Assembly (NCBI GenBank): GCA_964016885.1
Contig: OZ024741.1
Location: 240,374,001-240,438,000 of the forward strand
Direction of reading: 5' to 3'
DNA from: Eledone cirrhosa
Lineage: Eukaryota
DNA: 64,000 bases
The first letter of the stretch is position 1. Every line of letters starts with the position of its first letter. This document shows positions 38,966-53,259 of the stretch, piece by piece. The notes under the pieces were generated by a model, which saw only the letters and a list, made by a program, of their open reading frames with translations, was not told where the DNA came from and searched no databases. Both the position numbers and the translations under genes were made by a program.

Positions 38966-40647
38966 GATGCCTAAGTCATGCTGTATGAAACTATGGTGCT
39001 TCTACTACTCCATCAGGAATTACAGGTCCATAAACACATACATGTATATGAATCGACTATTACTGGATAAACATAGACATTATGACGTAAAAGATAAAAG
39101 GTAGGTGAATGAATCTCCATCAGTTTTGGCTATGAGTGTCCCAGTTGTTTGATCAACAGAACAGTCTGTTCATGAAATTAATAAACAAGTGACTGAGTAT
39201 TTCATAGACACATGTGCTCTTAACGTAATTCTCAAGGAGATTCATCATGTATCTGTATGTATATCATGACTCATACACTGTTCACTTTCCTGGCATTTGT
39301 ACATTATTCTATGTACTATACATGCACCTTTGATGAATTGTAGTGCACCTGAGCACTCTATACAATAATTTTCATTATTATTATATCATGATACAACATG
39401 CTACAAAGCTGGCAGCATTTAATAACAGGTATTATCCATCCAATGGGCTTCCAAACACTTTCTGTCTACCAAGTTTCACTGAAAAGATTTGGGTTAGCTT
39501 GAGGCTATGGCAAATGTTATTTGTCCAAGATGCCATGCAATCACAGACATTACTACATCACTGGTCATTGTAGGAGATGGCAACACCAGTTTGTCAACAA
39601 CCTATTTTCCTCTATTATATTCCTTGCTTACTGAATATATATTCTAATCCAAAGGTTATAGAATCAAAGTGTTCTATGCTTTACTTCCTCTTTTGTATTT
39701 ATTTGTCTCAGTCTCTCTCCCCTCCCCCTCTCTCTGTGAATGTGTGTGTGTTGTATAGGTATTTCAGACAGTCTGAGAAATTTTCTAATTCCCAATGTCA
39801 AGCTAAGCTTCTTCAAATGTTTATAATTTTCTTAATTCTCCCAGGAAATCTCTCTATTTCCAGCTAGTAGATAGATAGTAGTCACTGCCTTGCTTCCTGA
39901 GAAGTGTCTTGGAATGGTAGAGGTAGCCATGGAACTCCAAATCAAGCTACTTAATCTTAAGTATGGATAACTTGTCGGGAAAAAGATGAATGAAAACAAA
40001 CAATATTTCCTTTTAATCAAAAGAATTGATAATCATTACAGACACGAAAACCCTTCAATCTCTTTGCTAAATTCTAGTCATTAATATATCTATATTTTCT
40101 TGTTAAACACTTTTCAAGTCAGGTATCTTGTGTCCATGTATTTATTATCTATTTATCTTTTGATCATATTACAAAATTGTTTTCATATAAACTGCATCGT
40201 CTTTGTTTGTTTAGTTGTGGAAAGTAATTATCAGGAATGGCATCGAATGTTTTGATGATAACAGAGAATGAGTAGACTAGATTGTTTATTTTCTGACTGA
40301 CTGCAAACTAAACTTGGCTCCACAATAAATTGCAGCATTAAACACTGCTTCAAAGAGATAATAATGAGTTTGTATGAAACATAATCTCATGTTTGAGCAG
40401 ATCATGTTATATTTTAGGTAGGCAGCTATTGTTGCAGTGATGTCCAGAAAGTTTGTTTCATGTTCTAGCAATTCCATTCACTTCATTCGTTAGCTAACTT
40501 CCCCATCCTTTGCTATGATGCTGGGACCTGCTATTACAAGAATTCATAAACTGCTGCTGCTATTATTGTGATAGGGTTGATGAGGTCAAATACTTAACCT
40601 TAGTTGTTTGTCTGTTTGCTAACCTGGAAAAACAGAGAATATTCTAT

Positions 40648-40895
40648 TTAACTCTTTTGATACCAACCTGCCAAAAACCACCTCTGGTTTTATGAAACAG
40701 AACCACTCATTTTAAAAGAATCCTATTTAGATTAAACTCTTCCAGCATAATATGATATAAGAAACTTTTGTTAAATTATATTACAAATACTGTTGTAATG
40801 ATGAAATAATTAATATTAATAAATCCCTTCATATTTTTCATTAATTGATTCAAATTGAGTGTATTTCATGAGGAATATGGTAACAAAAGGGTTAA
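40648..40895. mobile_element. Second TTAA-flanked MITE family
   Basis: ttaa|ctcttttgatacca...tggtaacaaaaggg|ttaa terminal inverted repeats. Confidence 0.6.
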
Positions 40896-43164
40896 GAATG
40901 TAAATCTGTTGCAGATTATAATTTTTAATCAGTTGACTTGAACAGGTCAAAGTCCTTGCTATTCTAGCACATGAATGTTAACAAAAGAAGAAAGTTTGTT
41001 GTGATTTTAGTTGAGTGTCAACTAAAATGTGAGCATCGGAGAAGAATAAATATTGGCTGTATCACATGCATTAGATCCCTAGCAAGCATAAACTGATTAA
41101 TTACAACTCAATTAAGCTGTTAAAACATAAACTAACTGCTATTATTGTGACATGATTTGGTTGCTGAGAACATTGGCATGATTTGAATGAACAACGTTCT
41201 CTTTTCATAAACTCTTCTTCAATTTGGAAACTAAGTTTGGATTATAATAAGTCAAAGAGTATTAAGATTCTAAACTCCATGCAACCAGAAAAGAAGGGTA
41301 GAACTTAGCGTTTTTATTACCCGAAAACTCTGAAATCTTTTGAACTTATGGTAGAAATAAGTATAAACCTTTTATCAATGGGAATATGGCCTTAAAACAT
41401 GTTATTGTATTAATTGCTTTATGAATAATTGAGACCTTTTCCCTTAATGTCGTTTCTGCTTTGGATGCCCAGGAACATTCCGTGTTTAGACTATCTATTA
41501 AAATCATTCTTCCTTTCTCCCCCTCCTCTCCTGCATGGATAGCAGATGTAAAATAATGACACACACACATGTGTGTGTGTGTGTGGGAGGGGTGGGGTTG
41601 TCTCTGCTTCTGCTATTCTCTTCACAATCATCATAGCACCGGTGGTAATATTTGCTTACATTTCATGTTAAGAGGTTTAGCTGTTCAATAGTTAGACATG
41701 TAAGGATCCATACCTTACGTAAAAAAAAAAAAAAGGGTTGGTATGAAGACATAAAATTATGCTTAAAAATAAAATCTCATCCAAATCATTCCAGCCTGGA
41801 AAAACAGATGTAAAATTGATGATGATGATAGTGATGATGATTTTGATGCTGACTATTGCTGATGTTGTATTTGTCTAACCTGTTATCCTAATTCATATCA
41901 GCAATCTCACCAGAACTTGGAAAATTCCGGAAGAACAAAGTAGTGCAAAGTACTAATACCCTCATTATTAATATATTGATATCAATATCATGTGCAATTT
42001 GGTTTATTAGTTGTCTTCGTTATCTAATTAAGAGAAACAACTGATATTGCTTCTACTGTCATATCTAACTTGTAGTCTAATAATTCATTCAATTACTCAC
42101 AATAACAGTTATTGAACATCTCATTAGTGGTATTATCTTAATTAAGATATAAATCTTTGATTAAGGATGCAATAGCTGTGAAGTTCAGGGTGTTTGTTGT
42201 AAACCACTATACATGGTTATAAGTTCAAGCCCTTTTAGTTAAGTACATCAATTTCATTGTTCTATCTCTTACTAAAACACTGACCTTTATTGACCTAGTG
42301 TCCCAGGTGACAATAAATTCATACTGGGGTCAAGAAAGGACTGTTCATGTGGTGGCCCTGTTTTCACCAAATAAAAATCAGGGATACTTTATATTTTAGC
42401 AATCTCTCAGCATTTTTTCCCCCCACATAGATAGATAAACAAAGAGAAAACTTTTCTCCCCTCCTCACTCATCTTAAAAAGCCCCCCCCCCCCCCACCTT
42501 CCACTCTTTTTTTTCTCAACCTTGCAACCTGCTTTTACAACCTTCCAGCCTCCTCTCTCTCTGAACTTTGCTCTTTCCTGGTGAAGGACTAATGTCTGGT
42601 ATGTTGAAATATTTATTTATCTTCATTCCCAAGTATAAAACTAATAAGATTTAGTGTTTTTTCCTCTCTGTATTAGTCTTGTTATTCTTGAATTATATAT
42701 ATATATATATATTTTTTTTTCAATATGGTCTACTCTTCATGGTAGGGTCCGTACCGTAGACAGAACTCAATGTAATCTGATAGTGAGTAATCCAGTAAAA
42801 TCCATAGAAAGGCTCCGTGTTTCGCTGAGTTAATTCCTTAGATACAGAGTCTGATATTAATTTAACAATGAAAATAATAACGATGTCAAATTATTTTATC
42901 TATTCATATTATTGTTTTACTATCGTTTTGTAGGGTTGATCACATATATATATAAATCAGGATGTTATATTTTTACAGGTGTTAGGCATTTTTACAGGTT
43001 TTAGGCATTTTTACAGGTTTTCGGTATATGCTGTGGCACTGACTCTGAGGAATTTAGTCAATCATATTGACCCAGTATTTTTGTTAACTCTGGGACTTAT
43101 TTTATCAATATTCTTTTAAAGAACTGCTAAATTATGAGACATAAACACAGGCACAAATGTAAAT

Positions 43165-43696
43165 AGGTAGTAAAGTGGGTAATATGAAATATATACACAC
43201 ACACACAAAGGAAGTGTGGTAAGATACCAGGTGGACCATAAGGCACCAGAGTACTTGATACTTGAGGTAGTAGAGTGGGTAATATGAAATATACACACAC
43301 ACACACACAAAGGAAGTGTGGTAAGATACCAGGTGGACCATAAGGCACCAGAGTACTTGATACTTGAGGTAGTAGAGTGGGTAATATGAAATATACACAC
43401 ACACACACACAAAGGAAGTGTGGTAAGATACCAGGTGGACCATAAGGCACCAGAGTACTTGATACTTGAGGTAGTAGAGTGGGTAATATGAAATATACAC
43501 ACACACACACACAAAGGAAGTGTGGTAAGATACCAGGTGGACCATAAGGCACCAGAGTACTTGATACTTGAGGTAGTAGAGTGGGTAATATGAAATATAC
43601 ACACACACACACACAAACGAAGTGTGGTAAGATACCAGGTGGACCATAAGGCACCAGAGTACTTGATACTTGAGGTAGTAGAGTGGGTAATATGAA

Positions 43697-43727
<31 letters not shown>

Positions 43728-46700
43728 AAGGAAGTGTGGTAAGATACCAGGTGGACCATAAGGCACCAGAGTACTTGATACTTGAGGTAGTAAAGTGGGT
43801 AATATGAAATATATACACACACACACAAAGGAAGTGTGGTAAGATACCAGGTGGACCATAAGGCACCAGAGTACTTGATACTTGAGGTAGTAAAGTGGGT
43901 AATATGAAATATATACACACACACACAAAGGAAGTGTGGTAAGATACCAGGTGGACCATAAGGCACCAGAGTACTTGATATTTGAGGTAGTAGAGTGGGT
44001 AATATGAAATATACACACACACACACACACACAAAGGAAGTGTGGTAAGATACCAGGTGGACCATAAGGCACCAGAGTACTTGATACTTGAGGTAGTAGT
44101 GTGGGTAATATGAAATATACACACACACACACACACAAAGGAAGTGTGGTAAGATACCAGGTGGACCATAAGGCACCAGAGTACTTGATACTTGAGGTAG
44201 TAGAGTGGGTAATATGAAATATACACACACACACACACAAAGGAAGTGTGGTAAGATACCAGGTGGACCATAAGGCACCAGAGTACTTGATACTTGAGGT
44301 AGTAGAGTGGGTAATATGAAATATATACACACACACACACACAAAGGAAGTGTGGTAAGATACCAGGTGGACCATAAGGCACCAGAGTACTTGATACTTG
44401 AGGTAGTAGAGTGGGTAATATGAAATATACACACACACACACACAAAGGAAGTGTGGTAAGATACCAGGTGGACCATAAGGCACCAGAGTACTTGATACT
44501 TGAGGTAGTAGAGTGGGTAATATGAAATATACACACACACACACACAAAGGAAGTGTGGTAAGATACCAGGTGGACCATAAGGCACCAGAGTACTTGATA
44601 CTTGAGGTAGTAGAGTGGGTAATATGAAATATATACACACACACACACACAAAGGAAGTGTGGTAAGATACCAGGTGGACCATAAGGCACCAGAGTACTT
44701 GATACTTGAGGTAGTAGAGTGGGTAATATGAAATATACACACACACACACACACACACACAAAGAAAGTGTGGTAAGATACCAGGTGGACCATAAGGCAC
44801 CAGAGTACTTGATACTTGAGGTAGTAGAGTGGGTAATATCAAATATACACACACACACACACACACAAAGGAAGTGTGGTAAGATACCAGGTGGACCATA
44901 AGGCACCAGAGTACTTGATACTTGAGGTAGTAGAGTGGGTAATATGAAATATATATACACACACACACACACAAAGGAAGTGTGGTAAGATACCAGGTGG
45001 ACCATAAGGCACCAGAGTACTTGATACTTGAGGTAGTAGAGTGGGTAATATGAAATATATACACACACACAAAGGAAGTGTGGTAAGATACCAGGTGGAC
45101 CATAAGGCACCAGAGTACTTGATACTTGAGGTAGTAGAGTGGGTAATATGAAATATATACACACACACAAAGGAAGTGTGGTAAGATACCAGGTGGACCA
45201 TAAGGCACCAGAGTACTTGATACTTGAGGTAGTAGAGTGGGTAATATGAAATATACACACACACACAAAGGAAGTGTGGTAAGATACCAGGTGGACCATA
45301 AGGCACCAGAGTACTTGATACTTGAGGTAGTAGAGTGGGTAATATGAAATATATACACACACACACTAAGGAAGTGTGGTAAGATACCAGGTGGACCATA
45401 AGGCACCAGAGTACTTGATACTTGAGGTAGTAGAGTGGGTAATATGAAATATACACACACACACAAAGGAAGTGTGGTAAGATACCAGGTGGACCATAAG
45501 GCACCAGAGTACTTGATACTTGAGGTAGTAGAGTGGGTAATATGAAATATATACACACACACACACACTAAGGAAGTGTGGTAAGATACCAGGTGGACCA
45601 TAAGGCACCAGAGTACTTGATACTTGAGGTAGTAGAGTGGGTAATATGAAATATATACACACACACACACACTAAGGAAGTGTGGTAAGATACCAGGTGG
45701 ACCATAAGGCACCAGAGTACTTGATACTTGAGGTAGTAGAGTGGGTAATATGAAATATACACACACACACACACAAAGGAAGTGTGGTAAGATACCAGGT
45801 GGACCATAAGGCACCAGAGTACTTGATACTTGAGGTAGTAGAGTGGGTAATATGAAATATATACACACACACAAAGGAAGTGTGGTAAGATACCAGGTGG
45901 ACCATAAGGCACCAGAGTACTTGATACTTGAGGTAGTAGAGTGGGTAATATGAAATATACACACACACACACACACACACACAAAGGAAGTGTGGTAAGA
46001 TACCAGGTGGACCATAAGGCACCAGAGTACTTGATACTTGAGGTAGTAGAGTGGGTAATATGAAATATACACACACACACAAACGAAGTGTGGTAAGATG
46101 CCAGGTGGACCATAAGGCACCAGAGTACTTGATACTTGAGGTAGTAGAGTGGGTAATATGAAATATACACACACACACAAAGGAAGTGTGGTAAGATACC
46201 AGGTGGACCATAAGGCACCAGAGTACTTGATACTTGAGGTAGTAGAGTGGGTAATATGAAATATACACACACACACAAAGGAAGTGTTGTAAGATACCAG
46301 GTGGACCATAAGGCACCAGAGTACTTGATACTTGAGGTAGTAGAGTGGGTAATATGAAATATATACACACACACACACACAAAGGAAGCGTGGTAAGATA
46401 CCAGGTGGACCATAAGGCACCAGAGTACTTGATACTTGAGGTAGTAGAGTGGGTAATATGAAATATACACACACACACACACAAAGGAAGTGTGGTAAGA
46501 TACCAGGTGGACCATAAGGCACCAGAGTACTTGATACTTGAGGTAGTAGAGTGGGTAATATGAAATATATACACACACACACACACACAAAGGAAGTGTG
46601 GTAAGATACCAGGTGGACCATAAGGCACCAGAGTACTTGATACTTGAGGTAGTAGAGTGGGTAATATGAAATATATACACACACACAAAGGAAGTGTGGT

Positions 46701-47786
46701 AAGATACCAGGTGGACCATAAGGCACCAGAGTACTTGATACTTGAGGTAGTAGAGTGGGTATTATGAAATATACACACACACACACACACACAAACGAAG
46801 TGTGGTAAGATACCAGGTGGACCATAAGGCACCAGAGTACTTGATACTTGAGGTAGTAGAGTGGGTAATATGAAATATATACACACACACAAAGGAAGTG
46901 TGGTAAGATACCAGGTGGACCATAAGGCACCAGAGTACTTGATACTTGAGGTAGTAGAGTGGGTAATATGAAATATATACACACACACAAAGGAAGTGTG
47001 GTAAGATACCAGGTGGACCATAAGGCACCAGAGTACTTGATACTTGAGGTAGTAGAGTGGGTAATATGAAATATATACACACACACACACACACAAAGGA
47101 AGTGTGGTAAGATACCAGGTGGACCATAAGGCACCAGAGTACTTGATACTTGAGGTAGTAGAGTGGGTAATATGAAATATATAGACACACACACACACAA
47201 AGGAAGCGTGGTAAGATACCAGGTGGACCATAAGGCACCAGAGTACTTGATACTTGAGGTAGTAGAGTGGGTAATATGAAATATACACACACACACACAC
47301 AAAGGAAGTGTGGTAAGATACCAGGTGGACCATAAGGCACCAGAGTACTTGATACTTGAGGTAGTAGAGTGGGTAATATGAAATATATACACACACACAC
47401 ACACAAAGGAAGTGTGGTAAGATACCAGGTGGACCATAAGGCACCAGAGTACTTGATACTTGAGGTAGTAGAGTGGGTAATATGAAATATACACACACAC
47501 ACAAAGGAAGTGTGGTAAGATACCAGGTGGACCATAAGGCACCAGAGTACTTGATACTTGAGGTAGTAGAGTGGGTAATATGAAATATACACACACACAC
47601 ACAAAGGAAGTGTGGTAAGATACCAGGTGGACCATAAGGCACCAGAGTACTTGATACTTGATGTAGTAGAGTGGGTAATATGAAATATACACACACACAC
47701 ACACAAAGGAAGTGTGGTAAGATACCAGGTGGACCATAAGGCACCAGAGTACTTGATACTTGAGGTAGTAGAGTGGGTAATATGAA

Positions 47787-47817
<31 letters not shown>

Positions 47818-50800
47818 AAGGAAGTGTGGTAAGATACCAGGTGGACCATAAGGCACCAGAGTACTTGATACTTGAGGTAGTAGAGTGGGTAATATGAAAT
47901 ATATACACACACACACACAAAGGAAGTGTGGTAAGATACCAGGTGGACCATAAGGCACCAGAGTACTTGATACTTGAGGTAGTAGTGTGGGTAATATCAA
48001 ATATACACACACACACACACACACAAAGGAAGTGTGGTAAGATACCAGGTGGACCATAAGGCACCAGAGTACTTGATACTTGAGGTAGTAGAGTGGGTAA
48101 TATGAAATATATACACACACACACACACACACAAAGGAAGTGTGGTAAGATACCAGGTGGACCATAAGGCACCAGAGTACTTGATATTTGAGGTAGTAGA
48201 GTGGGTAATATGAAATATACACACACACACACAAAGGAAGTGTGGTAAGATACCAGGTGGACCATAAGGCACCAGAGTACTTGATACTTGAGGTAGTAGA
48301 GTGGGTAATATGAAATATACACACACACACACAAAGGAAGTGTGGTAAGATACCAGGTGGACCATAAGGCACCAGAGTACTTGATACTTGAGGTAGTAGA
48401 GTGGGTATTATGAAATATATACACACACACACACACACAAAGGAAGTGTGGTAAGATACCAGGTGGACCATAAGGCACCAGAGTACTTGATACTTGAGGT
48501 AGTAGAGTGGGTAATATGAAATATATACACACACACACACACACACACAAAGGAAGTGTGGTAAGATACCAGGTGGACCATAAGGCACCAGAGTACTTGA
48601 TACTTGAGGTAGTAGAGTGGGTAATATGAAATATATACACACACACACACACACAAAGGAAGTGTGGTAAGATACCAGGTGGACCATAAGGCACCAGAGT
48701 ACTTGATACTTGAGGTAGTAGAGTGGGTAATATGAAATATATACACACACACACACACACAAAGGAAGTGTGGTAAGATACCAGGTGGACCATAAGGCAC
48801 CAGAGTACTTGATACTTGAGGTAGTAGAGTGGGTAATATGAAATATACACACACACACACACACACACAAAGGAAGTGTGGTAAGATACCAGGTGGACCA
48901 TAAGGCACCAGAGTACTTGATACTTGAGGTAGTAGAGTGGGTAATATGAAATATACACACACACACACACACACACAAAGGAAGTGTGGTAAGATACCAG
49001 GTGGACCATAAGGCACCAGAGTACTTGATACTTGAGGTAGTAGAGTGGGTAATATGAAATATACACACACACACTAAGGAAGTGTGGTAAGATACCAGGT
49101 GGACCATAAGGCACCAGAGTACTTGATACTTGAGGTAGTAGAGTGGGTAATATGAAATATACACACACACACACACACACACAAAGGAAGTGTGGTAAGA
49201 TACCAGGTGGACCATAAGGCACCAGAGTACTTGATACTTGAGGTAGTAGAGTGGGTAATATGAAATATACACACACACACTAAGGAAGTGTGGTAAGATA
49301 CCAGGTGGACCATAAGGCACCAGAGTACTTGATACTTGAGGTAGTAGAGTGGGTAATATGAAATATATACACACACACACAAAGGAAGTGTGGTAAGATA
49401 CCAGGTGGACCATAAGGCACCAGAGTACTTGATACTTGAGGTAGTAGAGTGGGTATTATGAAATATACACACACACACACACACAAAGGAAGTTTGGTAA
49501 GATACCAGGTGGACCATAAGGCACCAGAGTACTTGATAATTGAGGTAGTAGAGTGGGTAATATGAAATATACACACACACACACACACAAAGGAAGTTTG
49601 GTAAGATACCAGGTGGACCATAAGGCACCAGAGTACTTGATACTTGAGGTAGTAGAGTGGGTAATATGAAATATACACACACACACACAAAGGAAGTTTG
49701 GTAAGATACCAGGTGGACCATAAGGCACCAGAGTACTTGATAATTGAGGTAGTAGAGTGGGTAATATGAAATATATACACACACACACAAAGGAAGTGTG
49801 GTAAGATACCGGGTGGACCATAAGGCACCAGAGTACTTGATACTTGAGGTAGTAGAGTGGGTAATATGAAATATACACACACACACACACACACAAAGGA
49901 AGTGTGGTAAGATACCAGGTGGACCATAAGGCACCAGAGTACTTGATACTTGAGGTAGTAGAGTGGGTAATATGAAATATACACACACACACACACACAC
50001 AAAGGAAGTGTGGTAAGATACCAGGTGGACCATAAGGCACCAGAGTACTTGATACTTGAGGTAGTAGTGTGGGTAATATGAAATATACACACACAAACAC
50101 AAAGGAAGTGTGGTAAGATACCAGGTGGACCATAAGGCACCAGAGTACTTGATACTTGAGGTAGTAGTGTGGGTAATATGAAATATACACACACACACAC
50201 AAAGGAAGTGTGGTAAGATACCAGGTGGACCATAAGGCACCAGAGTACTTGACACTTGAGGTAGTAGAGTGGGTAATATGAAATATATACACACACACAC
50301 ACACACAAAGGAAGTGTGGTAACATACCAGGTGGACCATAAGGCACCAGAGTACTTGATACTTGAGGTAGTAGAGTGGGTAATATGAAATATATACACAC
50401 ACACACACACAAAGAAGGTGTGGTAAGATACCAGGTGGACCATAAGGCACCAGAGTACTTGATACTTGAGGTAGTAGAGTGGGTAATATGAAATATATAC
50501 ACATACACACACACAAAGGAAGTGTGGTAAGATACCAGGTGGACCATAAGGCACCAGAGTACTTGATACTTGAGGTAGTAGAGTGGGTAATATGAAATAT
50601 ATACACACACACACACAAAGGAATTGTGGTAAGATACCAGGTGGACCATAAGGCACCAGAGTACTTGATACTTGAGGTAGTAGAGTGGGTAATATGAAAT
50701 ATATACACACACACACACACACAAAGGAAGTGTGGTAAGATACCAGGTGGACCATAAGGCACCAGAGTACTTGATACTTGAGGTAGTAGAGTGGGTAATA

Positions 50801-50927
50801 TGAAATATATACACACACACACACACACAAAGGAAGTGTGGTAAGATACCAGGTGGACCATAAGGCACCAGAGTACTTGATACTTGAGGTAGTAGAGTGG
50901 GTAATATGAAATATACACACACACACA
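43165..50927. repeat. Compound satellite: about 75 units of an 87-bp core plus variable (TA)(CA)n, roughly 100-112 bp per unit
   Basis: Core aaaggaagtgtggtaagataccaggtggaccataaggcaccagagtacttgatacttgaggtagtagagtgggtaatatgaaatata repeated almost invariantly. Confidence 0.98.
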
Positions 50928-51292
50928 CGCACACAGGCTTAGTGAACACTCACTTAGAGGAAACATCATAGGTATGTTGTAAGAAAATTAATAATTTAAC
51001 TTATATACTTTATTATAAATATTGAGTTCTCTCTTCTTTGTGAATTACTAAGATCACTAAATTAAAATCGAATATATACCCACAACCCACAGACTTATCA
51101 TACAGAAATGATTTCTATTGGAACAGAACTGTTTCATTTGTTTGAAATCATCAGTAGTTAAAACAAATGAAACAGTTCTAGCATTGTAGAGTCGTTTCTA
51201 TATGAAGTAGTTATGTACTTTATCTACTAATGTATATAATACCTTATTTAACTGTGGTTCTCTTCTGTTCCTCTTTGCAAAACTATTATGTG

Positions 51293-51330
<38 letters not shown>

Positions 51331-52076
51331 TGTCTATCTATCTATCTATCTAAGAAGCATGGAGGGAGTGGTGGATAAGGGTTAAGCCCATTGTCTTTTA
51401 GAAGTTCTATTGATTCAATAGGGTGTTTTTGAATCTGTTTAGCTCTCTATCAGTTTGCACAGACATTGTACAAATGACTCCTGTGAAGTCTCAGCTGTAG
51501 TCAAGAATTGAACACACTTTCTTCATTTTTCTCTTTCATCCTTAATCAATGAAAATTCTATATAAAATGTTCAGTGAATTAATGAGATAGTTTTGAAAGA
51601 TTCAACGTGAGTAGTTTCTTAATGATTCTGAATTATTCAATCTGAAATTGTATTACAATATCTTTCAATGTGACACACACAAAGACGAGAGCAGGTCAGA
51701 GATGAGAGAGAGGAGACCAGGAGATTTTAACCTCTCTAGTCTATTCTATCATGGAACAATTGACTTGAACAGTTCAATAATGGCATCAGTTGGGAGAGGA
51801 GGTAGAAGAGGAGAAGTTCACAGTTCGATTTTTTGTTGTTTATTTTTTGTTTGTTTATTCGCTTGTTTGTTAGCTTTTAAAATTTAATTCTATTTAAATT
51901 TTGACTTAATGCTACCTTTCCGTGAAACCGGGAAACTGAAGAAAGAATAAGAGTGAAAATAACTAAGTAAAAAAATAAGGATTAGAAAAGGAAGATATAT
52001 ATATATATACACACAAATATATTTGTTATATATACATATGTCTCTAGCTAGTAGAGAAAAGACATTAAATCATGTT

Positions 52077-52110
<34 letters not shown>

Positions 52111-53259
52111 GGAGAGAGAGAATGAGAGTAACGTAGATAACTAGTGAATAGAAGAGAACTATATTTACCACAGTTCCATTAAAGTAAGTGTATACAAAAG
52201 TGTAAGGAAATTGTCTGGTTGATGTTTGGCTAAGAGAGTTCTAAAAATTACCAAAAATATTGACACATGATTGAAAATAGTAGAAGTTTAGAAGATAAAT
52301 TTAATTGAGTAATAATATCAGGGTTAAGATATTGGAAGACCCCCCCCCCCAACAAATCTATGTATACAGTTTAGACAAAGTAGGATTAGGTGGGTGTTGG
52401 ATAAGGATAAAGGATATGACATAACCCTGCATACTGATATATTATTAAAACCAGTATAGTAGTAGGCTGTACTATCCCCAAATTTCTGGCTAATTTTTAT
52501 TGATTGCTAGAATTCCAACTCTTGTCACCTGGTCTAAAAGCTAATAATTCTTGCTTAGCAATGGAAACAAAATGGAAGTTATTAATCTTTTCAAAATCTC
52601 TCACTGCTTTGGCTCCACTTTCTTTGCTATGAAAGAATAAATGTAGTTTTAGTTTTGTTACTAAGTTCACCTTCAATTGATATTTTTCCTGAAGGAACTT
52701 ATAGTCTAATACGTGTTAATGAGTTTTCATTGATTTTTATGACATTACATAAATTTGCCATTTGATAGTATTCAGAATTAGCCTACCTTGTGTTACTATC
52801 GCTACCAGATGGAAGAAAGTTCCAGCTATAAATCTGCTTTTTCCATAGATTTCCTAAAAGACAATTTATTCGATCATAATTACCAAAGTGAAAAATGTGC
52901 ATCAATTTATTACTTTTGCTGCTGTTGCTGTTGTTGTTGTTGTTGTTGTTGTTTCTGCTGCCATCTTTAGACTTGACAGAGTTTAGAATTGGTCGACATT
53001 AACTGCAGAAATATATTCTTTCTTTTACGGATTTTGATTTGGAGTTGCAGTAAAAAGAAAGAAATGGAATAAACAGACATGTAGGCAGACAGACAGACAG
53101 GTAGACAGTTAGACAGACAGACAGACAGACAGACAGGTAGACAGACAGACAAGTAGACAGACAGACACATGGACAGACAGACATGTAGACAGACAGACAA
53201 ATTTCTGTTTATTTGCCACTAGGGCACAAAAGAAAGGGACATGTACATGGGTGGGGGGA

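Noticed and set aside
43165-50927. CRISPR-like repeat-spacer appearance
   Set aside because: The spacers are only (CA)n length variants, the repeat is 87 bp, there are no cas genes and the context is eukaryotic.
43116-50969. ORFs up to 2049 aa
   Set aside because: They are translations of the satellite, open in all three minus frames and cycling among three short peptides; no sign of a real gene.
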